In this document: positions 1-9,480 of the stretch, one piece after another | How the letters are laid out: every line of letters begins with the position of its first letter | How positions within the stretch are numbered: position 1 is the first letter of the stretch | Source: an uncultured delta proteobacterium | GTDB taxonomy: Bacteria > Desulfobacterota > Binatia > UBA9968 | Length of the DNA: 39,326 nt | Direction: 5' to 3' | Assembly (NCBI GenBank): GCA_963840855.1 | Contig: CAWJBB010000026.1 | Location: 1-39,326 of the forward strand | Notes under the pieces: model-generated | Told to the model about the DNA's origin: nothing | Seen by the model: only the letters and a program-made list of their open reading frames with translations | The model's database searches: none | Position numbers and translations under genes: made by a program

Positions 1-24
1 GACTTGTCGTAGGAGGTAACGAAT

Positions 25-656
25 ATGGAAAATCCAAATTCGGCCAAAAAAATTGACGTTCCGACCGAGCATTGGGACCGGTTATTCGCGCCCAGCGCCT
101 GTCTCGTCATGATTACCACGGTGGATGACGCGGGCAGGGTCAACGCCGCTTCTTTTGGCACTTGCGTGCGCGTTTGCCATGATCCGGTGTACATCGCTTT
201 TACCGTCGGAGCGACCAAGGACACTAATCGCAATGCGCTGGCAACAAACCAGTTTGTCGTGAATGTACCGCCCTTCGAGCGAGAGATCCTCGAGAAAGTG
301 AGAGTCGTTGGACTCGAGTTTCCGCCGAGGTCAACGAGTTGGAAAAAGCCGGGCTCACGGCGATTTCTTCCCGGATCGTCAAACCGCCGCGCATCGCGGA
401 GTGCCGTAGCCACTTCGAGTGCGAGGTCGAATGGACCAAACAGTGGCTGAATCGGCTCATGGTTGTGGGGAAAGTCGTCGCCGCGTCAGTGGACGAAGGC
501 TGCGTGGACGAGGGCGGATACGTGGTGTGGGACAAGCTCAAGCCGGCGCATTACTGCGGCAACGCGTATAAGAACGGTTTCGTGGCGGCTTATCAAACGA
601 TGCAAGTCGACATGATCTACAACGAGCCCATTGAAGCGCGTCCCCAAAAAACGTAG
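25..656 (+). CDS. Flavin reductase-like protein (DIM6/NTAB family), split by a 1-nt frameshift near 322-327
   Basis: ORF 25..450 has N-terminal motifs (MITTVDDAGRVNAA, T.RN...TNQFVVN). ORF 339..656 has C-terminal motifs (PPRIAECRSHFEC, VVGKVV). The span is 632 nt (3n+2), so one base is missing. RBS GGAGG upstream. Confidence 0.8.
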
Positions 657-698
657 TGGACCGTAACAACTTAAGGGCTACCGTAGAGGAACAAGATC

Positions 699-1466
699 AT
701 GAAGTTTATCGAACTCACGATGCCGCTGAGCCATCAATGGATGCCTGATGAGGTCCTTCCCACATCTGTAAGGTTCTTTCTCGGGCCAAAGAGTCACCCG
801 GAAAAAGGCATCGTGCTCGGCAGCGACACCGGCACATGCCTGACGTTGCCGTCCGTCTTCACGGAGTTTCGCAAGACCGCGAGGTTGCACGACCTTCCGG
901 TCGAAAAGTTGGTATTGCGGCCTACCACGGTGATCCGAATCGTTAAAGATGACGGAGAGGAAATCAATGGCATAGACGTGGAGCGCGCGTTAGCCTCGGC
1001 TCCACCGGCGACGGGAGATGCGCTTCTGATCGCAACCGGCTGGGGCGACCGAAATTATCATGAAATGGAGGGAGGATCGTACCTTCTGCGGACTCCGCAT
1101 TTTTCCCTCGAAGGCGCGGAACGTTTGGCCGGGCGCATGAAAGAGAACCAAAACGATCTGCTGTTGATCGACACGGCGCTTTTGGGTTTGCCCGACAGAC
1201 ATCTCATACCGGAATGGTGTTCGATGATTCCGACTCCGCCGGTCGAAAGCGCGGAGGCGCGCATGTACTTGCACCTCTACGATGGCGACAAAGCGAAAGC
1301 CGACTTCGCAGTTGAGATGGAGTTCGCCCGCTCTGGCATTATGACTGTGCGCAAGCTGATTCACTGTGGCCGGATCACAACCGCCAGGATTCGAATTATC
1401 GTAGCTCCTTTAAAAATCGTCAGAGGCGTGGCTTCAACGTGCAGAGTTGTCGTCGTGGAGGACTGA
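699..1466 (+). CDS. Cyclase family (kynurenine formamidase-like fold) protein with degenerate metal motif
   Basis: N-terminal ELTMPL, GDALLIATGW, P.FS.E.AE.L and C-terminal APLKI..G.ASTCRVV match the cyclase family. HxGTHxDxPxH is replaced by DTGTCLTLPS. Confidence 0.75.
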   Translation: MKFIELTMPLSHQWMPDEVLPTSVRFFLGPKSHPEKGIVLGSDTGTCLTLPSVFTEFRKTARLHDLPVEKLVLRPTTVIRIVKDDGEEINGIDVERALASAPPATGDALLIATGWGDRNYHEMEGGSYLLRTPHFSLEGAERLAGRMKENQNDLLLIDTALLGLPDRHLIPEWCSMIPTPPVESAEARMYLHLYDGDKAKADFAVEMEFARSGIMTVRKLIHCGRITTARIRIIVAPLKIVRGVASTCRVVVVED

Positions 1467-1468
1467 CG

Positions 1469-2299
1469 ATGAAACTATTCGATTTGACTATGCCGGTCTG
1501 GGACGGCGCGGGATACGGAGAAATATTACCTTTCACCAATTCTCCGGTGCGTCTGCTGGAGTACATGTTTTACGACAAGCATGGCTTGCGCATGACCAGA
1601 ATGAAGCTTGACGGAGAAACCGGCAGCCCGTTCATGGTTCCCCATCAGCGTATGCCCTTCGACGCGACCCCCTTGCAACCCGACCCGAAGTTTTCCTGGA
1701 CGCTGGACGAGATACCACTCGAACGGTTGATTTTGCGCGACACCGTCGTTCTGGATATCAAGGCTGAAGAAGGTCATGAAATTACACCTGCAGAGATGGG
1801 CGAGGCGATCCGGCGCTCGGACTACCGCAACGGCGACGAAGTGTTGTTGCGCACCGGCTGGGGAACACGCGAGAAGGCCTACGAACTCGGCATCGATTAT
1901 TATAAGAGGTCTCCGAGCGTGCATTATGACGCGGCGATGCTCCTCGCGACGAAAATGGCGGAGATGGGTGGCTCAATTTTCATGACCGATTGCGGATTGG
2001 TGAACCCTCCCCGAGTGCAGGGCAACGATTGGTTTCGCGGAGACAACCCTTTGGTGCCTCTCCCCAAGCCTTGGCCATCGGCAGAAGCCCGGGAACGAGT
2101 GTTGGACCTGGGCGCCCATAGGCATGGGAGCTCTCATCCAAGCAGCTACGGCGCTCTCATCAAGAAATTGATGGCGGGTTGCAAGTGCCTGGTCGACTGC
2201 AACCAGATTTCCAAAAACCGAGTGAAGATGATCGTACTTCCCCTGTTGATTAAAAACGGCGGCGCATCGCCGTGCCGATTCATAGCCGTCGAGGAATGA
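1469..2299 (+). CDS. Second cyclase family protein with degenerate metal motif
   Basis: MKLFDLTMP, GDEVLLRTGW and LPLLIKNGGASPCRFIA motifs. ATG 1469 follows GGAGG, 2 nt after the upstream stop. Confidence 0.75.
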   Translation: MKLFDLTMPVWDGAGYGEILPFTNSPVRLLEYMFYDKHGLRMTRMKLDGETGSPFMVPHQRMPFDATPLQPDPKFSWTLDEIPLERLILRDTVVLDIKAEEGHEITPAEMGEAIRRSDYRNGDEVLLRTGWGTREKAYELGIDYYKRSPSVHYDAAMLLATKMAEMGGSIFMTDCGLVNPPRVQGNDWFRGDNPLVPLPKPWPSAEARERVLDLGAHRHGSSHPSSYGALIKKLMAGCKCLVDCNQISKNRVKMIVLPLLIKNGGASPCRFIAVEE

Positions 2300-2403
2300 T
2301 TGGGAGAGATTTCGCGGACACAATACTCGATTTCCGAAGACGCTTCCGCTCCACATGTTTTCGCGGCAACTTAATTATTTTAGACGATGAGATCCGGGCC
2401 TCA

Positions 2404-3192
2404 TCAATCAAGCAGCGTCACTTGATCACCGACGCGAATCTTCCCGCCAGAGCCACTCGGAAGCATCGCCACTGCAAAGGTCGGGCTCTCCTGGCCTATC
2501 TTCTGGATCAGCGTCGTGAGAATCGGCAGATCACGTTCACCGGTTTTGGGATTCGCATGCGTAGCGAGGCACCTGGTTTTCGGTTTGACCACGTCAAATG
2601 CCACGGCGCCTATGCGGATCTTTCGGCCGACCCAGTTTTGCTCCTCCCAAGCTCCCAGCCCATCGAGCGCGATGTTTGAGCGAAAACGCAACTCGCTGAC
2701 CTCGTTCCCGAGCGCAGCTTGAAGTGCTTGAAGACTTCCCCGGCCGTGCAATGTGACCCGACCCGCCTCTTCGTCGTGGTAGCGCGGCGCTTGGCCATCA
2801 CCGATCACCCGTAGAGGGAGCCGCTCCGGGTGACCCGTGAGCGGATTCTCGCCGAGCTTGAGCACGTAGTCCGCCAACACCGCGCCGATCCGCTTTCTGC
2901 CCTCCGGATTCAACACTTCATCGACTAACACCGCAGTCCCCAAACTTATGCGCAATCGAAATGCCGTTTCGTCAAACCTAAGCTGCAGCCGTGCCAAACC
3001 TGGCGTGTTTATCAGCGCCACCATGCCGGTTTTCCTGCTCCAGGCGTTATCTGCGGCTTCCGTATCGGCAAACCGGATGCCGAGGACACGGTCACCGGCG
3101 ATTCTCCCTTCGTCGAGAACCGTCAAAGTATCGCACTCTTCAGGAGTGAAACCTTTCACCGGATAGCGGTACAGCGCGACTACATGCGGCAT
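2404..3192 (-). CDS. MOSC domain protein (YcbX-like)
   Basis: LYRYPVKG, GDR, RFRSNI, KTRCLATHANP.TG and G.IRVGD.V motifs. Confidence 0.85.
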   Translation of the reverse strand: MPHVVALYRYPVKGFTPEECDTLTVLDEGRIAGDRVLGIRFADTEAADNAWSRKTGMVALINTPGLARLQLRFDETAFRLRISLGTAVLVDEVLNPEGRKRIGAVLADYVLKLGENPLTGHPERLPLRVIGDGQAPRYHDEEAGRVTLHGRGSLQALQAALGNEVSELRFRSNIALDGLGAWEEQNWVGRKIRIGAVAFDVVKPKTRCLATHANPKTGERDLPILTTLIQKIGQESPTFAVAMLPSGSGGKIRVGDQVTLLD

Positions 3193-3267
3193 GCGGACCT
3201 CCTGCTGTCAGACTTGTATATTATGTTTCCCGAGAACTATCGGGCAAACGTTTCAACTGAGTAGTTA

Positions 3268-3645
3268 TTACCGCTCCGTAGACAAAGTGCCCTGGTGGAA
3301 AACCAACTGCCAGCGATCATCGATCAACTTCCAAATGGAACTTCGCAGCGAATAGATTGGCGGCTCACCGGGACCTCCGTATCTGACGGCGCGGTAGGTT
3401 GCCAAGACTAAACCCGGCGCTAGTGGCAGTGTTTCGAAGTCCACGAGCGATCGGCGAATATGCTGCTCCGCCTGGAGATTATCAATGATTTGCTTTTTAT
3501 CGAAAACCCGCCCTGAGCTTCCAAACTCGATGAAATCGTCGGCCAACAAGGCGGCAACATCATCGGCAGATCTCCGCACTTCGGATTGCAGCAGTCGTTC
3601 CTCTAACTCTCGAAGGTGTTGTTCTATAGACAAGTCTGGATTCAT
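3268..3645 (-). CDS. DUF4440 / NTF2-like protein
   Basis: LLADDFIEFGSSG and SLRSSIW....WQLVFHQGT signature. Confidence 0.85.
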   Translation of the reverse strand: MNPDLSIEQHLRELEERLLQSEVRRSADDVAALLADDFIEFGSSGRVFDKKQIIDNLQAEQHIRRSLVDFETLPLAPGLVLATYRAVRYGGPGEPPIYSLRSSIWKLIDDRWQLVFHQGTLSTER

Positions 3646-3702
3646 CGTGCGTTCGCCGGAAAGCTCAGCCGGCGATCTTAGCGATCGATCGGCAGTGTAA
3701 AG

Positions 3703-3957
3703 TTAGCCTACGAGCTTGTCGTACTCTGAATGAGAGCCAATCCAAAACCACAGCAAGTCGTCGCCTGCTTCGACAGCCAGCGCTCGGTATTGTAAACCAA
3801 CTCGAACGGCGCGGTACTTTCCAACTTTCTTGAAATGCAAAGACGGGTGTGAAGGGTTTGCCTTCAAAAGTTCGTAGTTCTTATCAGCAAGTTCGCGAAC
3901 CGATTGCGGAAGGGCGTGATAGCAAGCCCAAAAGCTCGGAGCAGCGAAATGTCTCAA
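3703..3957 (-). CDS. RelE/ParE-like toxin
   Basis: 84 aa with FW..Y..LP, NPSHPSLHFKKV, VRVGLQYRA and WFWIGSH.EYD. TTG start overlaps the upstream stop. Confidence 0.8.
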   Translation of the reverse strand: MRHFAAPSFWACYHALPQSVRELADKNYELLKANPSHPSLHFKKVGKYRAVRVGLQYRALAVEAGDDLLWFWIGSHSEYDKLVG

Positions 3958-4154
3958 AGCTCCTTACTCTTTCCAGCGCGGTGCGCTGCCAGAGCTTCGT
4001 CGGCGAGCTTATCCAGCTTGCCCTTTCCAACATCCTCTTCGATTTGGCGATCCCACATTCGAGTGTCAAACTCAAGAAACCATCTACGGAACGTGGCAAG
4101 TTCAGACGGCGTGAGATCTTGAATTTCCTGTTCGATATTTTCGACCTTACCCAT
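3954..4154 (-). CDS. Putative antitoxin
   Basis: 66 aa acidic protein (WDRQIEED...GKLD.LA.EA) coupled to the RelE-like gene. RBS GGAGG. Confidence 0.75.
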   Translation of the reverse strand: MGKVENIEQEIQDLTPSELATFRRWFLEFDTRMWDRQIEEDVGKGKLDKLADEALAAHRAGKSKEL

Positions 4155-4197
4155 AGAAACCTCCTAATCCGTAACGTTAACAGAGTTTCCAACCGAG

Positions 4198-4315
4198 GGC
4201 GAACGAGTAGCGTTTTATCTCCAAAGCCTAGAGGCAATCAAGCTTCGGCTTGATCGCCGACGCAGCGACGGGAAGATAGACCTCTCCTGAGTATCGTCGA
4301 AGGAACGTGTTGGAC
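4198..4315 (-). other. Degenerate attC-like site interrupted by a short REP
   Basis: On the minus strand GTCCAAC...GTTCGCC bracket an imperfect palindrome with inner hairpin GGCAATCAAGC-TTCG-GCTTGATCGCC (4233-4258). REP-like TCCTGAGTATCGTCGAAGGA at 4285-4304. Confidence 0.45.
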
Positions 4316-4371
4316 TAAATCCCCGTTGCAGGCGAGCCGACATTCGAAACCGTCTTGATTCATCCAACGTG

Positions 4372-4468
4372 TTAGGCGAGAAAATCGAGTGTGCGTTCGC
4401 GCGCGAGGTTTGCCGTGGCGGCGTCGTAAACCGGCGCGCAGGCTGTTGTCGAAACCGTGCGGCGCATT
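4372..4468 (-). pseudogene. C-terminal fragment of a dienelactone hydrolase
   Basis: Reads NAPHGFDNSLR/PVYDAATANLARERTLDFLA* with one extra base. This matches the DLH C-terminus (HGF catalytic His, terminal helix). The stop overlaps GCCTAAC. Confidence 0.6.
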
Positions 4469-4717
4469 ACTGTTCGCGACCATCCGTCGGCATAAAAGAT
4501 TATTTACACACTCAGCGACGTACCCCAGACTACCTCCATCTTACCAAAAGCTCCCATCCTCTCGGTCAATATTGACTGCGAAAAGGCTGGCCAGAGGGGG
4601 GTACTCTGGGTCGACCCAGGAGGCGATCGTCATTTCTAGGGCTTATACGGAAGCCGTTGTTTGGAGGCAGATGGGCCAAAAACCTCTAATTTTCTCTATT
4701 TTTCGACGGCTTCCGCA

Positions 4718-5419
4718 TCACGCTTGAAGCCTTTTTAGGACCTCGAGCGCCCGCGCCCAGGCGGAGTGAGCTACCGATTCCATGTAGCCCGGGCCGCGCG
4801 TCATCGTCATGAATCCGTGGCCTGCACCGGGGTACACGTATACTTTGGCATCGGGGAGGACGCTGAAGGCTTCCCGGATGTGCTCGACCGCTGCCATTGG
4901 CGCCACCTCGTCCTGGTCCCCGTAGTGAAAGGACAACGGGCAGCGCACGCGGTCCACCTCCTCGAGGTATTTCTCGACGTGCGATCCATGAAAGGATATC
5001 CCGGCATCTATACCGTAGCGCGCCGCCGCCAGGAGGGCGAAAGGGCTGCCGAAACAGAATCCCATCACGGCGATCTTGCCGTTGCATCGGGGGTGCTTCT
5101 TGAGCTCGGTGATCACGTCGGAGAGGTCCCTCATTCCCTGCTCGAGGTCATACCGGTCATTGCGCGCAAAAGCGCGCTTGCGCTCTTCGGCGGTCCAGGG
5201 CAGCGGACCCGGGTCGGCGTCGCGCCAGAACATATCGGGGGCGGACACGACAAACCCTTCCGCCGTGAGCGTGTCGGCGTAATGTGTCATGTCGCTGTCG
5301 ACGCCCGAGATGGTTGACACGATGACCACCCCCGCCCCCTTACCGGCGGCGGGAGCAGCAACGTAGGAATCAAACGTACGGCCGTCGGCGACAGCAATCG
5401 TGACTCGAGTCCCAGCCAT
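4718..5419 (-). CDS. Dienelactone hydrolase family protein
   Basis: GFCFG nucleophile motif, GDQD and YPGAGHGF. ATG 5419 follows GGAGG. Confidence 0.9.
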   Translation of the reverse strand: MAGTRVTIAVADGRTFDSYVAAPAAGKGAGVVIVSTISGVDSDMTHYADTLTAEGFVVSAPDMFWRDADPGPLPWTAEERKRAFARNDRYDLEQGMRDLSDVITELKKHPRCNGKIAVMGFCFGSPFALLAAARYGIDAGISFHGSHVEKYLEEVDRVRCPLSFHYGDQDEVAPMAAVEHIREAFSVLPDAKVYVYPGAGHGFMTMTRGPGYMESVAHSAWARALEVLKRLQA

Positions 5420-5447
5420 TGGCACACCTCCCGTCAGTTCCTAAATT

Positions 5448-6476
5448 TCACCGGCCCGGAATGCTTCCTTTATAGAGCTCCTTTAAGAATCCGCTCTTCT
5501 CGATTTCGCGCAGAATGCTCATATCCATGAAGTCGGCAGGTTTGAAAGTCTTCGCCTTGGGGTCGGTCTCGCGGTCCAGCTCCCCCTGGATGGCTTCGTC
5601 GCTGGGAATCGGCAGCGGATCGATATTTTCCCGTTGGTCATCGTACAGGAAGCCAATTTGATCGAGGGTGGCGCCGCGAAAGAATTTTTGCAGCGCCCGC
5701 AGAGAGCCCTCGCGGTTGACGCGAAAGTAGTGCACGCCTTCGACGTAGGCGCGCAGGAACCGCGTCATTCCCTCCCGATCGCGGGCGATGAAACGGCGGG
5801 TCACATTGAGCGTCGCTCCAGTTCCGGCTAAATTCAACTCTTTGGCGGACCCGCCGGGTAACGACTTGGCCCGGCCTTGATGGATGAGCAGCAGTGACGA
5901 TTCGCCACTGACTCCAGCCTCGACTTTGCCGGCAATGAGAGCGGAGGCTACCTGAGGCGTCCCGCCCATCTGTATGATGCTGACATCGGCGTCCGGCTTG
6001 AGCCCGACTTTCTTCAAGGCATCCCGCAAAAACGTGTCGCCCTGGGAGCCGTATTGCGTCACGCCCACGGTTTTCCCCTTTAAATCCTGCAAGCGCTGCA
6101 GAGTGGAGTCCGGCCGAACCAGGACTCTTTGGGTGGTAAAGTTCGTCGTCCCCGCGACGATCACGGGATCGGTGCCGCGAATGCGCGCGCGGAGCACCGA
6201 CGAGACTCCACCGAGGGCGTAATCGATGTCGCCGGCGATAAGCGTTTGGATCAGTCGCGGACTCCCGGTCAGTAGGATTACTTCCGCATCGATGCCGTAT
6301 TTCGTGAATAGGCCGGCTTCTTTCGCTATCCATGGGATTGCCTGGGTAATGCCTGGGGCCACATAGGCAACCATCACTTTGCGGCGAGTCTGCGCAAATC
6401 CTGAATCAGTCGAGAGCGCAATCACCGTCAAAATGGTCGCGATAAATAGAAGCCCCTTGTGCCGTATTATTCTCAT
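5448..6476 (-). CDS. ABC transporter substrate-binding protein (NMT1/SsuA-like)
   Basis: Signal peptide, WIAKEAGLF.KYG and DLKGKTVGVT. ATG 6476 follows GGAGG. Confidence 0.88.
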   Translation of the reverse strand: MRIIRHKGLLFIATILTVIALSTDSGFAQTRRKVMVAYVAPGITQAIPWIAKEAGLFTKYGIDAEVILLTGSPRLIQTLIAGDIDYALGGVSSVLRARIRGTDPVIVAGTTNFTTQRVLVRPDSTLQRLQDLKGKTVGVTQYGSQGDTFLRDALKKVGLKPDADVSIIQMGGTPQVASALIAGKVEAGVSGESSLLLIHQGRAKSLPGGSAKELNLAGTGATLNVTRRFIARDREGMTRFLRAYVEGVHYFRVNREGSLRALQKFFRGATLDQIGFLYDDQRENIDPLPIPSDEAIQGELDRETDPKAKTFKPADFMDMSILREIEKSGFLKELYKGSIPGR

Positions 6477-6569
6477 CTGCGGAGCCCCCTCCTGCGCAAC
6501 GTGATCCGCCCGCCAGTTAACACGCGGACCCGTCGCTGTCAACGTCGGCGCGCGCAGCCCTTGCGGGTC

Positions 6570-6664
6570 GTTCAACGTTCGATGTTCAAAAGTTCAAGGT
6601 AATGGAAACTCCGAATCCAAATCCGAATCTCTTAACGTTGAACATTGAACGTTGAACCGTGAAC
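6570..6664. repeat. Heptamer-tandem palindromic repeat (GTTCAAN)n...(NTTGAAC)n
   Basis: Four GTTCAA-like units, a spacer, then four TTGAAC-like units. Confidence 0.85.
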
Positions 6665-6740
6665 TAGACCGGCGAGCCGGTCAGTTGACAGCCGGGACAA
6701 CAACGAGCTATGCAGGGCAGGAAATCCACGGAGGTGGGCT

Positions 6741-7784
6741 ATGAAGCAAGCCCCTCGAACCGATAGCGTTGCGCTGGATGGTATAGCGCTGCTTGATCAC
6801 GACATGGCAGAAAAAAATCTGTCGGGCTATTGGTCTCTCGGCATGGAAGGACTGCCGCCTCATCCAGTGACTGCCGTCGAGCCCCATCTCTGGAAGTGGG
6901 CGGACGTGCACGAAAGCCTCTTGCGCGCGGGCGAAGTCATTAGTCTCGAACAGAGCGAGCGGCGCGTCGTGCGTCTGGTCAATCCGGGACTCAATAAGCA
7001 GCCCTTCGCGACGCACACACTGCAGATCTCATTCCAATACGTCAAACCCGGCGAGAATGCGCGGGCGCACCGCCATACGCCCGCCGCATTGCGATTCGTC
7101 ATTCAAGGAAACGGCGCTTACACCACGGTCAACGGCCAGCAATGCGTCATGGAGCGGGGCGATTTGATTCTCACGCCCAAGCTCAGCTGGCACGATCACT
7201 CCAACGAATCCAAGGAGCCGATGCTATGGCTCGACGGTTTAGACTTTCCACTCGTGCAGGCGCTGCACCAGGTCATGCAGGAGCGCTACTCCGAGCGCCG
7301 GCAGGCTATCGAGAAAAGCAGCGAAGAGATCATGGATAAACTCGGTCCATCCTTGCGCCACGGCATGCCGCTCGCCGACCTCTTCCATTACAAGTGGCGC
7401 GACACCGAAAGAGCGTTGCGCGCGCTCACGCAATCATCGGCGGCAAGAGACCGTTTCGACGGCTATCTACTGGAGTTTCGAAATCCCCTGACCGGCGGGC
7501 CGACGATGACGACGATACAGTGCGCGGTTCAACTGCTAACTCCCGAGGATAAAACTGAAACGCATCGCCACACGAGCACCGTAATCTATCATGTGTTTCG
7601 CGGCACCGGCACCACCGAGATCGGCGAGCGCCGTTTCGATTGGCAACAAGGCGATTCCTTCGTCGTGCCGCTCTGGTACGCCCATCGCCACCTGAATCGT
7701 TCATCATCCGAAGACGCAGTCCTTTTCTCAATGAGCGACGCGCCGGCTCTGAAAGCGCTCGATCTGTACAGCGAGGAGTCCTAG
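6741..7784 (+). CDS. Gentisate 1,2-dioxygenase-like bicupin dioxygenase
   Basis: ERRV..LVNPGL, AHRHTPAALRF, WHDH, WLDGLD.P, NP.TGG and THRHTS motifs. Confidence 0.88.
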   Translation: MKQAPRTDSVALDGIALLDHDMAEKNLSGYWSLGMEGLPPHPVTAVEPHLWKWADVHESLLRAGEVISLEQSERRVVRLVNPGLNKQPFATHTLQISFQYVKPGENARAHRHTPAALRFVIQGNGAYTTVNGQQCVMERGDLILTPKLSWHDHSNESKEPMLWLDGLDFPLVQALHQVMQERYSERRQAIEKSSEEIMDKLGPSLRHGMPLADLFHYKWRDTERALRALTQSSAARDRFDGYLLEFRNPLTGGPTMTTIQCAVQLLTPEDKTETHRHTSTVIYHVFRGTGTTEIGERRFDWQQGDSFVVPLWYAHRHLNRSSSEDAVLFSMSDAPALKALDLYSEES

Positions 7785-7805
7785 AACAATAGTGAGGGAG
7801 TGTTT

Positions 7806-8771
7806 ATGGTCGACGTGAGACGAACCCTTGGTCGAATCGCCGCAATGCTATTCTGTCTGCAAGCGGCGCTATCGCTGTCGTGGCTCCAAGCGGCGTCAGG
7901 GTTGGAGGAGATCATCGTCTCATACGCCGGTCCGAGCGTCACTTTCCTGCCGGCGGAGGTGGCGCGCCAGCGAGGCTTCCTGCGCGAGCAGAACCTCGAC
8001 ATTAAGTTGCTGCTCACAAGATCGGAGGTCGATCGTGCCGCGTTGGTCAGCGGCAGCGTCGACTATACGCTCAGGGCAGGCTCGTCGTTCGTCTCCGCGG
8101 CTCGGGGTTTGCCCGTGCGCATCGTCCTTCTCGGCACGATGAAGCCTTTCTGGGGCTTGGTCGTTCGACCTGAAGTGAAATCGGTCACCGAGCTCAAGGG
8201 AAAATCGATGGGCGTGCCTGGACTGCTCGGCTCGCAGCATGTTTCCGCGAAATTCATCTTGAAGCACTATGGCCTCGACTCTGACAAAGACGTGGTCTAT
8301 CGCGTCGTCGAAACGGGAGCGCGCATTCCCGCAATCCTGTCGGGCTCCATCGACAGCTCAATGATGGATTATGGCGAAGCCTTCAGAGCCAAAAAGGCCG
8401 GCCTCAAGATGCTGGTCAATGCCTCCGATCTTCACGCTCTGTTGGCCGGCGGTCTCGCCGTCAATATCAAAAAACTAAAGGAGCAGCCCGATCAAGTGCG
8501 ACGAATGCTGAAAGCGATGACGCAAGCATTGAAATATATCCAAGAAAGTCCTGAAGGCACCCAACAGGTGATGATGAGTTGGCTGAAGCTCGATCGCGAA
8601 ATGGCCGCTGATATTTATCAGATGGCGAGAAACAATTATACGAAGAATGGCATGGTGGACGAGCCGATGTTGAATACGCTGGTCACCAGCATGTTGGCCG
8701 AGGTCGGCATCAAGAACGTCACCGTATCCCAGCTGGTGGATTTCTCGCTGCTTCAGCAAGCTCTTAAGTAA
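7806..8771 (+). CDS. ABC transporter substrate-binding protein (NMT1/SsuA-like)
   Basis: Signal peptide, ALVSGSVDY and ELKGKSMGV. Confidence 0.85.
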   Translation: MVDVRRTLGRIAAMLFCLQAALSLSWLQAASGLEEIIVSYAGPSVTFLPAEVARQRGFLREQNLDIKLLLTRSEVDRAALVSGSVDYTLRAGSSFVSAARGLPVRIVLLGTMKPFWGLVVRPEVKSVTELKGKSMGVPGLLGSQHVSAKFILKHYGLDSDKDVVYRVVETGARIPAILSGSIDSSMMDYGEAFRAKKAGLKMLVNASDLHALLAGGLAVNIKKLKEQPDQVRRMLKAMTQALKYIQESPEGTQQVMMSWLKLDREMAADIYQMARNNYTKNGMVDEPMLNTLVTSMLAEVGIKNVTVSQLVDFSLLQQALK

Positions 8772-8773
8772 AT

Positions 8774-9322
8774 ATGTTTGGAAACCTTAAAGCGAAACGT
8801 TCATGCTCCCTGGGGCATTTTTGGACGTTTTTCTTGCCGATCTATTTTCTCGCCGCTGCGGCTTTGGACCCAAGCGAAGTCACCAATAGCGAGTATCTCA
8901 AGTTTATCCTGGCGACGCGCAGGCCAGCGCCCGAGTATTGGGTCAATGGCCGCTACCCTAAAGGCGCGGAGAACGATCCCATCGTCTTGGTGAACTTCCA
9001 CGAGGCCGCGGCGTATTGCCGGTTTGTCGGGCGGCGTTTACCGTCGGTGGATGAGTGGCAATCAACCTGCGGATTGGGCACTCTAAAAAAGCGCGGTGAT
9101 ATCTGGGAGTGGACTTCAACCGACGTCGATATGGGCGGCCAAATCTATAAGGCCCTGTGCGGCCCGAGCAATACCTGCGATTGCTCCCACCGCTATTTGC
9201 CGCAATGGAAGAACGAAGTGAAGGGTTTTCGCTGCGCCAGCGACTCCACGCCGGTGACCTGGTTGCCGACGCTGTTTGGAAACTTCAACGGCAGACAGAA
9301 TTGCCAAGACTGTTGGGCTTGA
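8774..9322 (+). CDS. Small FGE-sulfatase (SUMF1/EgtB/PvdO) domain protein
   Basis: EVTNSEY, PIV.VNF.EA.AYC, RRLPS..EW, G.IWEWT and GFRCA. Confidence 0.75.
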   Translation: MFGNLKAKRSCSLGHFWTFFLPIYFLAAAALDPSEVTNSEYLKFILATRRPAPEYWVNGRYPKGAENDPIVLVNFHEAAAYCRFVGRRLPSVDEWQSTCGLGTLKKRGDIWEWTSTDVDMGGQIYKALCGPSNTCDCSHRYLPQWKNEVKGFRCASDSTPVTWLPTLFGNFNGRQNCQDCWA

Positions 9323-9480
9323 CGTCTGAAACTGTGCCCCGAGCCAACTCCGACTCGGAATCCCTGTAGGCCCGAATATACGGAAGTTGCTTTCGGCCTT
9401 TGTCGAATAACGTGCTGAACAAGGCTTTACAACTTGTTGTCACCATTGTAAAAGCGGTCGAAGTGACAACGATGCGAACC

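Noticed and set aside
6570-6664. GTTC repeats as LexA (GTTC-N7-GTTC or GAAC-N4-GTTC) boxes
   Set aside because: The period is 7 nt rather than 11, and copies also lie between convergent genes where an operator makes no sense.
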